Shown here: positions 52,190 to 64,000 of the stretch, piece after piece
How positions within the stretch are numbered: position 1 is the stretch's first letter
Layout: every line of letters begins with the position of its first letter
Source of the DNA: Paramecium tetraurelia
Lineage: Eukaryota
DNA length: 64,000 nucleotides
Reading direction: 5' to 3'
Assembly (NCBI GenBank): GCA_000165425.1
Contig: CT868396.1
Location: 62,001 to 126,000 of the forward strand
Translations under genes and position numbers: made by a program
The notes under the pieces: generated by a model
Told to the model about the DNA's origin: nothing
Databases searched by the model: none
The model's input: only the letters and a program-made list of their open reading frames with translations

Positions 52190-54605
52190 ATGAGCACTTC
52201 CAAAAAATCCATTCTGAAATGTAAATTAGATACTTATATTAAAGACCTTAGATCAATTGATTTGTTCGGGTAGAACATCCTTCTCAATTTAAATGGGGAA
52301 GATCAATATAAAACAGGATGTGGAGGTATGATGACTCTAGTTATATTGGCAATCGTTGTGTTATTCTTTTAATCCAACATAAAAGATTTTGTTGACAAAG
52401 TGAACATTCAAAGTGAGAGTAACCAAGTCTTTGAAGATCAGCCAGATTCAATATATTTAAACGACACCAACTTCATGTTTGCAGTAGCTATCGAATAACC
52501 AAATTTCAATTCCAATCCATTTTTCAATATCACTCTGTCAGCCAGGTATCTTAAATTATTATTAAGATAATACGAACGATTGGGGAATGGCTCACTCTCT
52601 AAGACTGAAGCCTTAATCGATCTTGTTCCTTGCACTATCTAGAGATTCCAACAGGTCTTCAGTTCATATGGCTAAAATTTTACTCAACAATACAATGAGA
52701 TCGGTTTAGACACCTGGTTATGTCCGCAGTATTTAATATTTCCATAATTAGAATGAATTACTAAATTACTTTAAATGGGAGGTATACGAATAAATTTTTT
52801 AATTTCCTGAAAATAACTGTTACTCAATGCAGCAACCAATCTCAGACAAATTCTTTCTATTCTTGGTAACCTGCTTGTGCATCAACTGAAGAGGTTTAAC
52901 ATTGGCTATTGCAATAGAGACAGTATAGAATTAAAGTGTATTAACTCAAACATAACTATAGATACATCACGAATTAAATGGTAAGTCCATCGAAGGGCGA
53001 TGATTATGTTTAATCCTTTTTGGACGACGAATTGTTTTTCTCTTTTGTTCCCCAAATGATCGGTAAGGAGGCTGACGTGTTTTTTACTAAATATAGTATG
53101 AAAACGGATAATAACTTATTACCAACTGAAAGTGCCTTTGATACAAAAGAGTTATTCGCCAAATAGTCTGGAGATTATAGAGATTAAAACAATTATGCAA
53201 GTGATACATTTGCATAAGTCTATTTCAGAAGATCCCCATACACTACCTACATATAAAGGTCATATCAAAAATTGGACAAGCTCCTCTCCATTTTAGGAGG
53301 ATTCGCTAATATTGTCTTCGTTGTTTTGGGATTCATCGTAGCCATATATAATAAATAATTATGTAATCTTTCAATTCATCCTCAATAGATTTAATCGAAT
53401 TGGCTAATCAAATATACGACTTTAATCCCAAAAAGGAAAATTAAGAGAAAGCTGAACGATAAAGATTGGTCGAAGATATAACTTAACTGAAATCTCAAAA
53501 TTTGGCTTTGAATCGCTGTAGTCCCATTTCATCTCTCAACCTTGCAAAGCCATAAATAGAAAAGAATCTTAGATTAACCTTCCGATAAACTTTCTCTTAG
53601 AAGTTCGACTACATTTCTGGAATTCAAACTCAAAAGGATGACTCATACAAAATGGTATTAAGCAGTCATCGATAGCCAGTTGGGGATAAGGAAGTCGAAT
53701 GGTAGAGTGCAGATGCCATAGATGTCTAAAATAATTACTTGCTAAATGCATCTGATATGGTTAAGGAGGATCAGGAGGATCAAAGAGCCTCTAAAGTTAA
53801 GATCGACATGTCAAAGAAAAAGTCATTCAAACAAATTCAATAAAGCATAGTCAGTAAGTTGGGTCATCGCAATCGGAAGGAGTTCCTGACTAAGCAAATT
53901 TAAGCTATGCTTGACCGTAGTAGACCTATTGTCTTTACTTTTAAATTCTTATTACAATAGTTATTCTGTGGCAAGTTCTTTCAGGATCACAACTCAATTC
54001 TTTTAAATAAGGCTATGTATGAAATATCATTAAGAATAGCAAAAAGATAAATTAAGATATTGACATCTGTGTGTTGATTGATAAAGTCAAGGAAATCGAA
54101 TTGATTAAAGAGTTACTATTAAACAAGGATCAGAAGATTTTGTTTAATTTTGCTCCCAAAGAGGTAATCTCTATTGAAAATGAGCGTTCACTCCCTGGAA
54201 GAAGAGAGAATAAGTATTTAATCCAATCTAGACTTATATAGACGAGCCTATACGAAGACACTCGGAGTTCAATTTGGAGATGTGGCCAAAATGATGTTGG
54301 ACAAAAAGTTTAAAAAAGGTTAGTTTGTCACTCCAGGAATGCGAATCTATTATAAACTCTATTCAGCTTATGAGAGAGTCGCATTATCAGAAGAAAGAAA
54401 CAATCCCTTTAACAAAGTTCTGATTGAGAAACTTGGGTAAGAAGTCAAGGAAGTATTTGACATCTCCAATTACATTCAAGGAGATTAAAATGCTAAAGTA
54501 ATTGAAAAACTGAAAAAGAAGAAAACCAATTATTATGATGAAGAATAACCAATTGGAATAATAAGTATGGAACAAAAAGATTAGAAGTAATCTATGATTA
54601 AATGA
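52190..54605 (+). CDS. Ciliate two-transmembrane protein with large Cys-containing extracellular loop (paralog A)
   Basis: IDLFGQ...YKTGCGGMMTLVILAIVVLFF (TM1), NFMFAVAI, LVPCT, WLCP, VYFRRSP...YIKRSYQKLDKLLSILGGFANIVFVVLGFIV (TM2), C-terminal DIDICVLIDKVKEIELIKELLLNKDQKILF. Confidence 0.85.
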
Positions 54606-55127
54606 AATCTCAATTATATATTATTATTACTCAAATTAATAAATTCTGCAAAGCTATTGGATGTCTTACCATAATCGAAGATGCAACAACATAATCAAAT
54701 TATAGACTACTGCAATTCCTGATTTAGAATTCAAAATTCTATCCAGATAATCCTCAATTAGTCTAATTTCTATCTTTTTGAATAAATAGCATCATCAGGA
54801 AATCTATTTACAGATCTACACAATTTCCTCTACTTTACTCTTCCTTATAATTCTTACATAAATTTGATGAAATTTCAAGAATTTAGATATTTTTATGTTT
54901 GAATCCTCTTAAAATATAGGCTTTTCAAGATCAACATATTTATTAGATTGAAATTAACTTATAAATTACCATTATTTAATAGCTTTATTTTTATAAACAA
55001 TTATTAATTATTTTAAAATTTTATGCAGAATTTAGGCTGAATAACTTTGTTAATACATTATTTTCCTTATGTATTCAAATTTCAATACAAAGCTACAATG
55101 CTAAATTCCACATTTTAATAAATTAAA

Positions 55128-58100
55128 ATGACCAAAGTTTAATTCCTTTTGACTTATATGATCGTCTTAGCACACTCGTGCTCCTATCTATATAACAATA
55201 CCATCTTCCTTACAGGTACTTTGCAAGAAGTGATTAACGTACCCCTCTCCTCCATCTTCCATACTGATTATTTTGAGAGACTCACCTTAAAGCAAACCGA
55301 CAAATTCCTTTCAATAACAAGTCCAATATCAAAATATTCAGAAAAATATTATGGTGGAATCAAAGACCTCAAGATTGTCACTTAAAAACTCCAGAAAAGC
55401 ACCTCTAGTCGTGATCCAATTAACCACCTAACAATTCTAGGCGTTAACTACGATACCTACTATGCATAGTCCAACTAAGGAACTTACTTAGACCTTCCCT
55501 AAATCAGCATTTTAACAAATTGTGAGGCAAAAAAAAACTCTATCTGCTATGATATAGTATAAATAGATAGATTAACTGTTATAGACTGTGATGACCAAAA
55601 GAAAAATAGCTATTTCATACTGATGAATTAGGATTCAACAACTTATTTAGATGTCGATAAAGCTACCTCGGAGTTTAGGAAAATAGACTAAGTTGACAAA
55701 TACATGTTCAGAGGAACAGCAGATAAAATCTTTGTATACATTGAAGAAGAGGGCTAACTGAAGTATTTAATTTCTTTGGATGAAACCACCTTGATCGCAC
55801 TTTTGGAAAAAGACTCTTTTAAGTTGTCAATCAAGGATTTTCAAGTTCATACCAATGGATAACTTAGCATTTTGAATGCTTCTGGTGAAATCATAATTGT
55901 TTAATACAAAAATGACTCATGGGGTTTAATCAAAATTATAGAAACTCACATCAATGATGTCTAAGGGTATGATTACAATATCTACACCAACACTTATGCG
56001 ATAATTTCAAAAACACAAATTGTGTTTCAAAATAGAGATAAGGAAAAGCAATTAGCAGAAATCTTAAATGAAGATGCCTCATCTAAAATATATCTCACTA
56101 AAAGAAACATACTCTTATTCTAAAACAACACTGTGACATTGTTAAATGAATCATTAAAGAAGATATAAAATTTAAAATTTGATAATGAGTTAGCTTTTAT
56201 AAATACAAATCAAAATGCTGAAGGCTTTATGATTGTTTCCAACATAAGAGTTGCTGGTTTTACAATAAATGAAAACTACTCTTTAAAATTATCGCTAACT
56301 TCGGCTATTGTTGGTGAAGGTTACTAATAAGCCAGTTTAATTTAAGGAGCTTACCCATAAAATTGCTAAATAACTTTGTTTTATAAAACTCAAGATTTGG
56401 GGTATAAACAAATCTTATAATCGTAATATTCTTAAGGCTTGTTAGTAGGAGGTGTCAATATTGATAGTGATATAATCAAGTTAGTACCTATATACTAAGG
56501 TTCTGATTTAAAATATCAATTCAAAGCTAATAATTTGATAAAAAAAATTGAAATTGAAAAACATTAGGCTTTTTCTTTGTAAGGACTCTCCGAGACACAA
56601 ACTTTGGGCTATCGAAAAATATTGAAAGCCAATGGATAATGGAGTTACTATGTTATTTAATAAGATGCTAATCTTTAAGTAAAAGGATATTTATGTGAAG
56701 GTAATCTTCAACTCAATTGTAACCTCCTTTTTACAAAAGATTAATTTAAACAATTGTAGAATTCATTAGAATAATTATGGTGGTCTAATTAAGAATCGTT
56801 GTTCTTTGGAACTTTCTAAGAACAAAGCATTACAATTTATTATTTGTCCACTCAAACAAATAACCTTGATATTTTGACAACCATTGAGATGGGAAGTAAT
56901 GTAAAATAAATTGTAACAGATGGTTCACATTTATTTGTATTACTAGAGCAGGAGATTAGAATTTATGAAATAACCATTTTAAATCAAGCTAAATTAACAA
57001 ATACTTTTAATGTATTTGCCAAGAAGATATATGCATCAGAACATGTTAAAAATTTATTCTTTATCGAATAATAATTTAGTTTGAATTTGTACGATATTGA
57101 ATATGATTTATAAACTATTGTTTGGTATGGAACTATTTAGTTTGATTACTAAGAGTCAAATTTGGCCATTTTTGAAAATCATTTTGTGAGATTCATTAAA
57201 CCCGACAATGAGGAAAATTACATTGTGACAGTCTTTAATTATGCAAATAAAAGGAATATCTATACTGAGAAGCAAATATCATTCACACACTACACAGATA
57301 TTAATTTGTCTACTCTAGAATGTTCTTTTGATAGAAATTTGTTTTATATTCATGGGTATAATAAGTAAAGTTCAAGCTAAGTCATTTTGGTCTATAAGTT
57401 GACGTCAAATAGTTTGGATACCTTATTCTATTAGATTAATTCAACTCCCAGTACCATATTTTCAGTAGCAGGTAACAACATTCTTATGACTGACATTGTT
57501 AACAAATAAGTAGTTAATTATTAGATCACTGGAGAGCTTGTAGTTACAAGCGTAGTCAATAAAGAATACGAATAAATACCATACACAAGTTTGATCCAAT
57601 TAGATTTTGATGTTACTAATGATTTATCCAATAAAATGGTTGCATCAATTGCTATAAATAGCGTAAATAGAGGCAGCAAAATTATATTGAGAAGTGATCA
57701 AATCAATCTGAACTACACAAAACATAATGATACTGTAAACTGTGCAGATTTGGGTTAGGATTGGTACTCAGGTTAAGTCTTTGATATTGAACTTGCAGAT
57801 TAATAAAAAAAGATTTAGTTGAATCCATCTTTGACATTGCAAAAAGAAATTTTGGAATACAGCCCATAATTAAAATAGTTTAATAGTAGTAGACTAGTTT
57901 AATTAATGTAGAATAAACTTAATCTAGTGAATATTGAGGAATTTACATTTCAGATCTTGAAGTTGGATGAAGATTATCAATTTACTGCTATTTTACTGAT
58001 TGCAGGGGAAAATATCTATGTTTAAGCTAAATCAAAGGAATCTATCTGGTTGAGGGTCATTTAATGCAAGAATAGTGACATGTGTAATTTATTGGATAAT

Positions 58101-59135
58101 AAATTCCAACTTTCTATGGGTGTAAAAAGGGCTTATCTTCATGAAAATAATTTCTTTTTATATATGGGAAATTATGTTAATGTTTATGATACATTAGGAG
58201 ATGCAACGAAATTGGAGTAGTTTGAACTAATTTAAAGTTTTTCATAGTACTATCAACTTTAGTAAATGGAATTTACTCATTTATAAAAGAATGTCTATTA
58301 GTTTATTTCAGTAGATATTTGGGGTAACCCTGAATTCTAAATGAGAGAAATCAACAGAACAGCAACAAACAATTATCTTGTCAAATTTCCACTGGATTCA
58401 TTACTTGCGGGATAAAAAATCAATAAACAAGAAATTTAACAATCAGCCGGATTTGTCTTAACAAAAAACTAAATTACTATAATATTCAAGAATAGTGCGT
58501 CATACTCTTTTCATTATGAAATTAACTGTTCAAGAAATGAATTATGTGAAATTTCTACGTTTAAATTTAATGGCTTATATTAGTAATATCAAGATTGGTA
58601 ATTAATAGATTTTAGTTAAAATGAAAATATTCTCTAACTAATTTATTTGACCTAAACTCACTATGAGTTGATGTTATATGATATGGAAACACCAAGCAGT
58701 AATTCTAAACCTAAAAATGTTATTGCTCATCTGGCTACTCCTCTGTCTGGAATTAAAGACAATTCTTAACATTTGTCTTTTGTGTACTCTTTAAAAGATA
58801 AATTACATTTATTAGCATCATCTGAAGGCTAATTGAAACTTTAACATTATATCTTGTTAAGATCCCCTTAACTCTGTACAAGTGAAATTAAATTTGAGGA
58901 TCAAGTGAAATTTAAGTTATCTAATACAGATGAAAACGTTTCTATTCAAGAAAAGGTTATAATATCAGAATACATACCTCCTTCTCCTCCTGATAATGAT
59001 GACAACGGAAGCTTTCCTATTTGGGCTATTATACTAATACTTCTTGGCGTACTATTGATTGGAGGAGGTATATTCCTATATTGTCGCTAGAGAAAAAATA
59101 AAAATTAGAACACAAACCTATTGCTGGAGAGCTGA
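55128..59135 (+). CDS. Large type I single-pass membrane protein (~1330 aa)
   Basis: Signal-like N-terminus MTKVQFLLTYMIVLAHS, beta-rich ectodomain, Pro/Asp stalk PPSPPDNDDNG, TM FPIWAIILILLGVLLIGGGIFLYC, tail RQRKNQNQNTNLLLES*. Confidence 0.8.
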
Positions 59136-59437
59136 TTAAATTATTATATATAATAACAAAATTATATTTCATTTGACTTTTCCATTTTATTAATATATTT
59201 TTAATCGTATTTCCTATTCATTGATTTTTTTAATTAAATTTTATAACACCTATCTTGAATTTAATCAGAGCTTAAGACAAAAAAGAATAATTGAATTAAT
59301 AATATAGTACTTTTAAATGATTTTATAAAAGAAGCATTTTTCCAAGTGAATACAAATAAATTGATCTTAAACTATATTTACTTATTTATATATATAATCT
59401 TCTAAATGAATGAAGAGTTAATAATAATTATAAAAAT

Positions 59438-60502
59438 TCATTTTTAAAAAAACTTACCTTAACTCAAATCTATTCCATAGATATCCTTATATATTTCCTA
59501 AATTGATTTGTCTAAAGTTGAGATTAAATGTCCTTATCCTTTATGAATTGTACTAATTTTAGGATTCTTACCGCGAATGACATTACATTTTTCCAACACA
59601 GATTTAGAAGTTTCAATAGGATTAAAGGTCTCCAATTCATTCCCTTGCTTGATCTTATTGTCTTTCTATTCCATTTCTTCAGTCTTCTAAACATCCCTCT
59701 ATTGTTGTTGAGATTCTAGAAATGATTGGTAAATAATTAATACTTTTTTCATCTGGTTCTGCTTACTTCAACACTGGAGCCGATCTAGCATGGTCCATAA
59801 GAGATACTAGAAAATTAACACAAGGAATATACATGGCAAATTATTAAACATAGTAGATGCAGCTTGAAAATGTGTTTTTTGATGTAAACTAGGAAGTAAA
59901 TTTTTGGCAATCAATCTGCTTAAATAGGCTTTCCTGTCTAGCGAACTCATGTTTTCCGAGAGATTCTCTATGTTAAATACTTTCTTCTTGCTGAATTTCT
60001 GGTTCTCCACTTAGGTTTATGTGTGATCCTTCAAAAACTGTTCTATCCTTTCTAAACTAGTTTTATCTCTGTATCGAAACACATCGCGTTTTATGTCTTT
60101 GGATGGATCCCTTTCACGAAAGCAATAATGAGCCACTTGCCTATTAGGAAGAAAGTCAAGATTCTTGTTTCTGTCCAAGGCTTCCTGGATACGATCTTTC
60201 TCATGCTTGAAACCCTTGACATAAAATTGGGGATCTCCTAAATTCTTAGTGGGGTCTTCCTATCTAAAAGCTTGAGTGTCGGGCTGTTTGTATTCTGCAC
60301 AAACCACAGGATTCTCAAGCATATTGATGACAAAATTTTCCACTCTTTTCCTGTAATTCTATGCCAACCTATTATTTAACTCTTCATTTATTCAATCAAT
60401 CTTACCTTTGCGAACTTCTCGTTCTCTCATGTATCCCTTCTTAATCTTGTCAATCTCTTTGGATAAGGCAAGTTATTTTTCATATGAGTAAGAATTAAAC
60501 AT
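59438..60502 (-). CDS. Hypothetical protein
   Basis: ATG 60502 (MFNSYSYEKQLALSKEIDKIK). Open with three 24-28 nt introns. Internal repeat-like FRQEDPTK/FRERDPSK, LPSLHQKTHFQAA. Confidence 0.7.
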
Positions 60503-60932
60503 TATTAATTAATTATGATTTCAATTTATTTATCTTCATCTCACCGAGCACTTCCATTAATTTAGTAATTTAGTGTTATGTATCAAAACATATGTCAATA
60601 TTCATTCAATATAAATATATAATAAAAAAGGGGGAAAATTATCATATTATAGTGAATTATTTTGTTTTTCAAAGAATCATTTTCAATACACTTTGGATAT
60701 TTATTATTTTTATACATCAAAATATTATGGTTTTCTACTAGATATCAATTTATTTTATATCAGTTCTTTGGCTATCCATATTTCTTATTTAAAATTCATA
60801 AGCTGCTTTGATGATTTTTCAAACTATATTTTATTTCTGATTTAGATATTGGAATTTTACTATTTCCATTTTATTTTAGTTGTATTCCAAACCCATTTCA
60901 GATTATGATCTTCTTGCATATTTCCAAAAATT

Positions 60933-63489
60933 TCAAATTAAGTAATTATTATAATAAGTTAAGATCTTAGTATTTTCTATTCTCAAATTATGTGTTTTTA
61001 ATTCAAATGATGTTTCTTCATCTAATATTCTTTTTTCTTTTGCCTTGTTTAGATTTATCTCACAGTAACTATGATTCTTATTTAGCTTTAATTTAGGTTC
61101 AATTTCTTGAGAAACTAACCTACTCTTTAATAATTAATTAGCATGATTGTTTTGATTTGAGATCATCATCCTCGTTAGATTAAGAAATACTTGCTTGTTA
61201 TAACAAATATTACTAATTATTTTATTTTGATTAAACTTCTGAGTTTTGTAATAATTTGAAATAATGAGTTAGTTCAATATTGAATATTTTTTAACATAAT
61301 TCTAGTTCATGTACTCAGTTTGACATTTATCTTGATCTATTCTACGTTGTTTATAGAAAGAGGATCTGAGTTAACTGAATCATCCTACATATCATCTTTT
61401 AGACATTTAATCGATTTCCTTTCCCACTAAATCAAGTGGGAAACGTCAAAGATATCTCTAACTTCTTGTCCTAATTTCTCAATCAATTTCTCATTAATTT
61501 TGTTGTCCTACTATAATTATTTATGAATATGATCATAGGCCTATATTAAATACAAAGAAACTTTTACTTAAAATAGCTTATAGTAAGCTTGAATTGATTT
61601 GTTTTAATTTTAAACTTCTTTCTAGTTTGAATTTGATCTCATGGTTTCCAAGCTATTACTACCTTAGCTTCTCGTCATAATTGATTTTTCGTCTTCCTAA
61701 AGATCGATTACCTATTTTGGAGCAAAATCAAATAGAACTAATTAATCTTTGGTTAACAATAATTCTTTAATTAAATTAATTTCTTTGACCGTGTCTATAA
61801 CCACACAAATATCCAAATCTTGGTTTATTTTTTTTCTAAATATATGAGTACATCAATTCATTACATTGCTTTGTGGAGTAGTATGCTGTTGCGGTCGTAA
61901 AATAATTTAGAGCAAAACACCATAGAAAGAATGTATTTGCAGTTGAATAGTATAGGCTTGCTTCTATTTAATATCTTCTGGATTTACTAAGTTAAGTAGC
62001 TCTTCCGATCCTGGATACCTAGTTTTAGTATAATTTTTTCTTATTCCTAATAGAATAGCAGTTATTCTTCTTGGCGATTAGTAATCTACAATTCTGATTT
62101 GACTTGGTATATTTCATCTTGTTTGGATATATTGTATAGTTCCTGTTATTTTGTATCATTTTATTATAGCTAAATTTATGTATGTTTAGGTGATTGCATT
62201 TGAGAGTGTAATTCCTGATCCTAACCTTGCTGCTTAACGATGGTTCTACTTCTTGCTTTGGCTATAACCTTCTTGATTTCCTTTCTTTCTTGGGAGTCTG
62301 CAATGCTAATACTCTTAGTAGGGAAATCATAAACATAATTAGCCAAATCGATCATTACTAAATAGGTGATTGATCTAATACATCTTGATTTATTATAGGA
62401 TTTGATGAGGATTCCAAAAACAAGAGCAACGATATTTGCAAAACCCCCAAGATAAGAGAGCAGATCAGAAATATCTTATAATTCTCGTTTAACAATTTAG
62501 GTGTAAGGACTTCTTCTCAAATAGATGGCTGAAAATTGCTAATCATTATTTTAAACGATTTTGGTCTTAAAATCTCCTGCTCTTTTGACATTTATGATCT
62601 CTTCATCTATTTTTTTGAGAATAGGAATGACGTTGTCATCAGTGGTGATATTGTATTTCTAATAAAATACATCTGCTTCTGTTCCTGTTTAAAGTAGAAA
62701 TGAGAAATAAGTTTCATCATCTAAGAAGGTTTGGGACACATTTTACACTTATAAGGGGTTGATAACATTATTAGTCATATACCTGAATTAATAGAAGAGA
62801 TGTACATCCTAATTCTGAAGGAGCGTTCTTATTGAAGATAACGATCTCTGGCTTAAGTGCTTGCACATTGAGGTTTCCATGACAGAATGGAATTCGAATT
62901 TGAATTATTTGAGCACTCACTCACAGTTATTTTGACAAACTCGAAGATGTCGCTTGTAAAACTGCCACCTAATTAGATCGAATAATTGAGTTGAGGACAT
63001 AGCCATTCCTCTAGTTTTAATTAAGAAAACTAAACAGAGAAATCCTAATTCTTAAAGATCTTTTGAAATCGATCTTAGGTGCATGGGATTAGATCTATGA
63101 AATTATCTTGTTTATTTAAGGAGCCATCGGAGGATCTTGTGTAGGTACGTTATTTCAGAGTGATATTGAAGAAGGGGAGTGTATTGAAGTTAGTCTAGTC
63201 AACTGCCAATGCAAACATGTAATTATCCTCATTGAATGTTATTCTGTCTGGGTTGAAATCGAAGATCGTCTAAGCGTTGAGATGAATATCAACTCGATGA
63301 ATGAAATTTAAGATATTCTGTTAAAAGAAGAATGCTATAACAGCAATTATAGCAAGGGAGAAAAATCCACCAGTTGCTGTTTAATATTAGTTCTATCCAT
63401 TAAAATTCAATTGGATGTTTTACCCAAAGATATCCAAGCTCTTCATGTCTAGGATAATGATCATTATTACATTTTAAAATTTTGTTCAT
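60933..63489 (-). CDS. Ciliate two-transmembrane protein (paralog B); 3' end uncertain
   Basis: MNKILKYMKSLDIFGQ...YQTATGGFFSLAIIAVIAFFF, NYMFALAV, LIPCT, WLCP, IYLRRSPYT..VKRELQDISDLLSYLGGFANIVALVFGILI. Collinear with the 52190-54605 gene. Confidence 0.8.
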
Positions 63490-64000
63490 GATTGTTTTTT
63501 ATTTTAAATTTATCATCTCGATTTTTATAAATATTAAATTCCAGATTTGTTTCCAATCATCCAACATTGACCTTATTTGACCAAATAAGAGAAAAGTCTG
63601 CATTTGAAATTATTAAGATTGTTTTTGGAACAATTTCGTAATCTCAAGACAAAAGTGCCTAAACAATTAAATTAACCAAAGTTTATGAATCTAAATTTTT
63701 GACCATCAACTTTTGTGCTTAATTTCATCCTTTTACTCTTTTACTTCATATAATATTAAAATAACAACATTGGTAATATTGCAATGGTATTTGTTATGAA
63801 CCTGGGATATCGATAAGAATTTCCTAATTTCATCTTGAAGTAAAACCTAGGATAAAATTTCTGGAAACTATGCCTGCTATCAATTTCACAGCCAGACCTG
63901 GATTCAAGAAATAAATTTCAATAATGCCATCATCTCTACCAGGTATTCCAGCTTATTTGATTATGGAAATGATAGACTTTCTTTAGCTGATATAGATTGA

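Noticed and set aside
39..60010. Most short ORFs in the supplied track as independent genes
   Set aside because: They are standard-code fragments of larger table-6 genes, or off-frame and antisense shadows (e.g. 9572..9838, 21993..22241, 45898..46158, 48034..48234).
63540..64000. Partial gene at the right edge (minus-strand GRDDGIIEIYFL..., faintly like a diacylglycerol kinase accessory domain)
   Set aside because: Interrupted by TGA, the opposite strand is equally open, and similarity is too weak to call.
1..64000. Telomeric repeats, transposons, tRNA/rRNA, CRISPR arrays, prokaryotic operon or defence systems
   Set aside because: No C4A2/C3A3 tracts, transposase or RT motifs, GC-rich structured RNA or spaced direct repeats were seen. 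The DNA is eukaryotic with spliceosomal introns. Small ncRNAs cannot be excluded without a covariance-model search.

Overview
AT-rich, gene-dense eukaryotic DNA from a ciliate macronuclear-type genome. The genus is almost certainly Paramecium; the species cannot be proven from sequence alone. TAA and TAG read as Gln, TGA is the only stop, and genes carry tiny 22-30 nt GT..AG introns, so the supplied standard-code ORF track shows only fragments. Re-translated by hand, the window holds about 29 protein-coding genes with very short intergenic gaps. They are an EF-hand protein, a CNBD-type K+ channel, a RAP-domain protein, CFAP57, an AGC kinase, an NIF/SCP phosphatase, a cyclic-nucleotide PDE, CFAP61, a hybrid histidine kinase, TPR and ankyrin proteins, UTP14, a MUL1-like RING ligase, a TRAF-type Zn-finger protein, a SIVA-like Cys-rich protein, a NEK kinase, an AP mu subunit, an ATG13-like candidate, a trichocyst matrix protein, copine, a CBM20 protein with a degenerate phosphatase domain, a CK1 kinase, two paralogous 2-TM ciliate membrane proteins, a large type I membrane protein and several hypotheticals. 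I saw no rRNA, tRNA, telomeric repeat, transposon or CRISPR array. Several conserved genes between 10 and 35 kb have unexplained frameshifts, mostly +1 and probably assembly errors. The best leads are the tightly packed MUL1-like/XAF1-like/SIVA-like trio, the 2-TM channel-like paralog pair, the CBM20 pseudophosphatase and the ATG13-like gene. All family calls come from motif recognition by eye, not from database searches.
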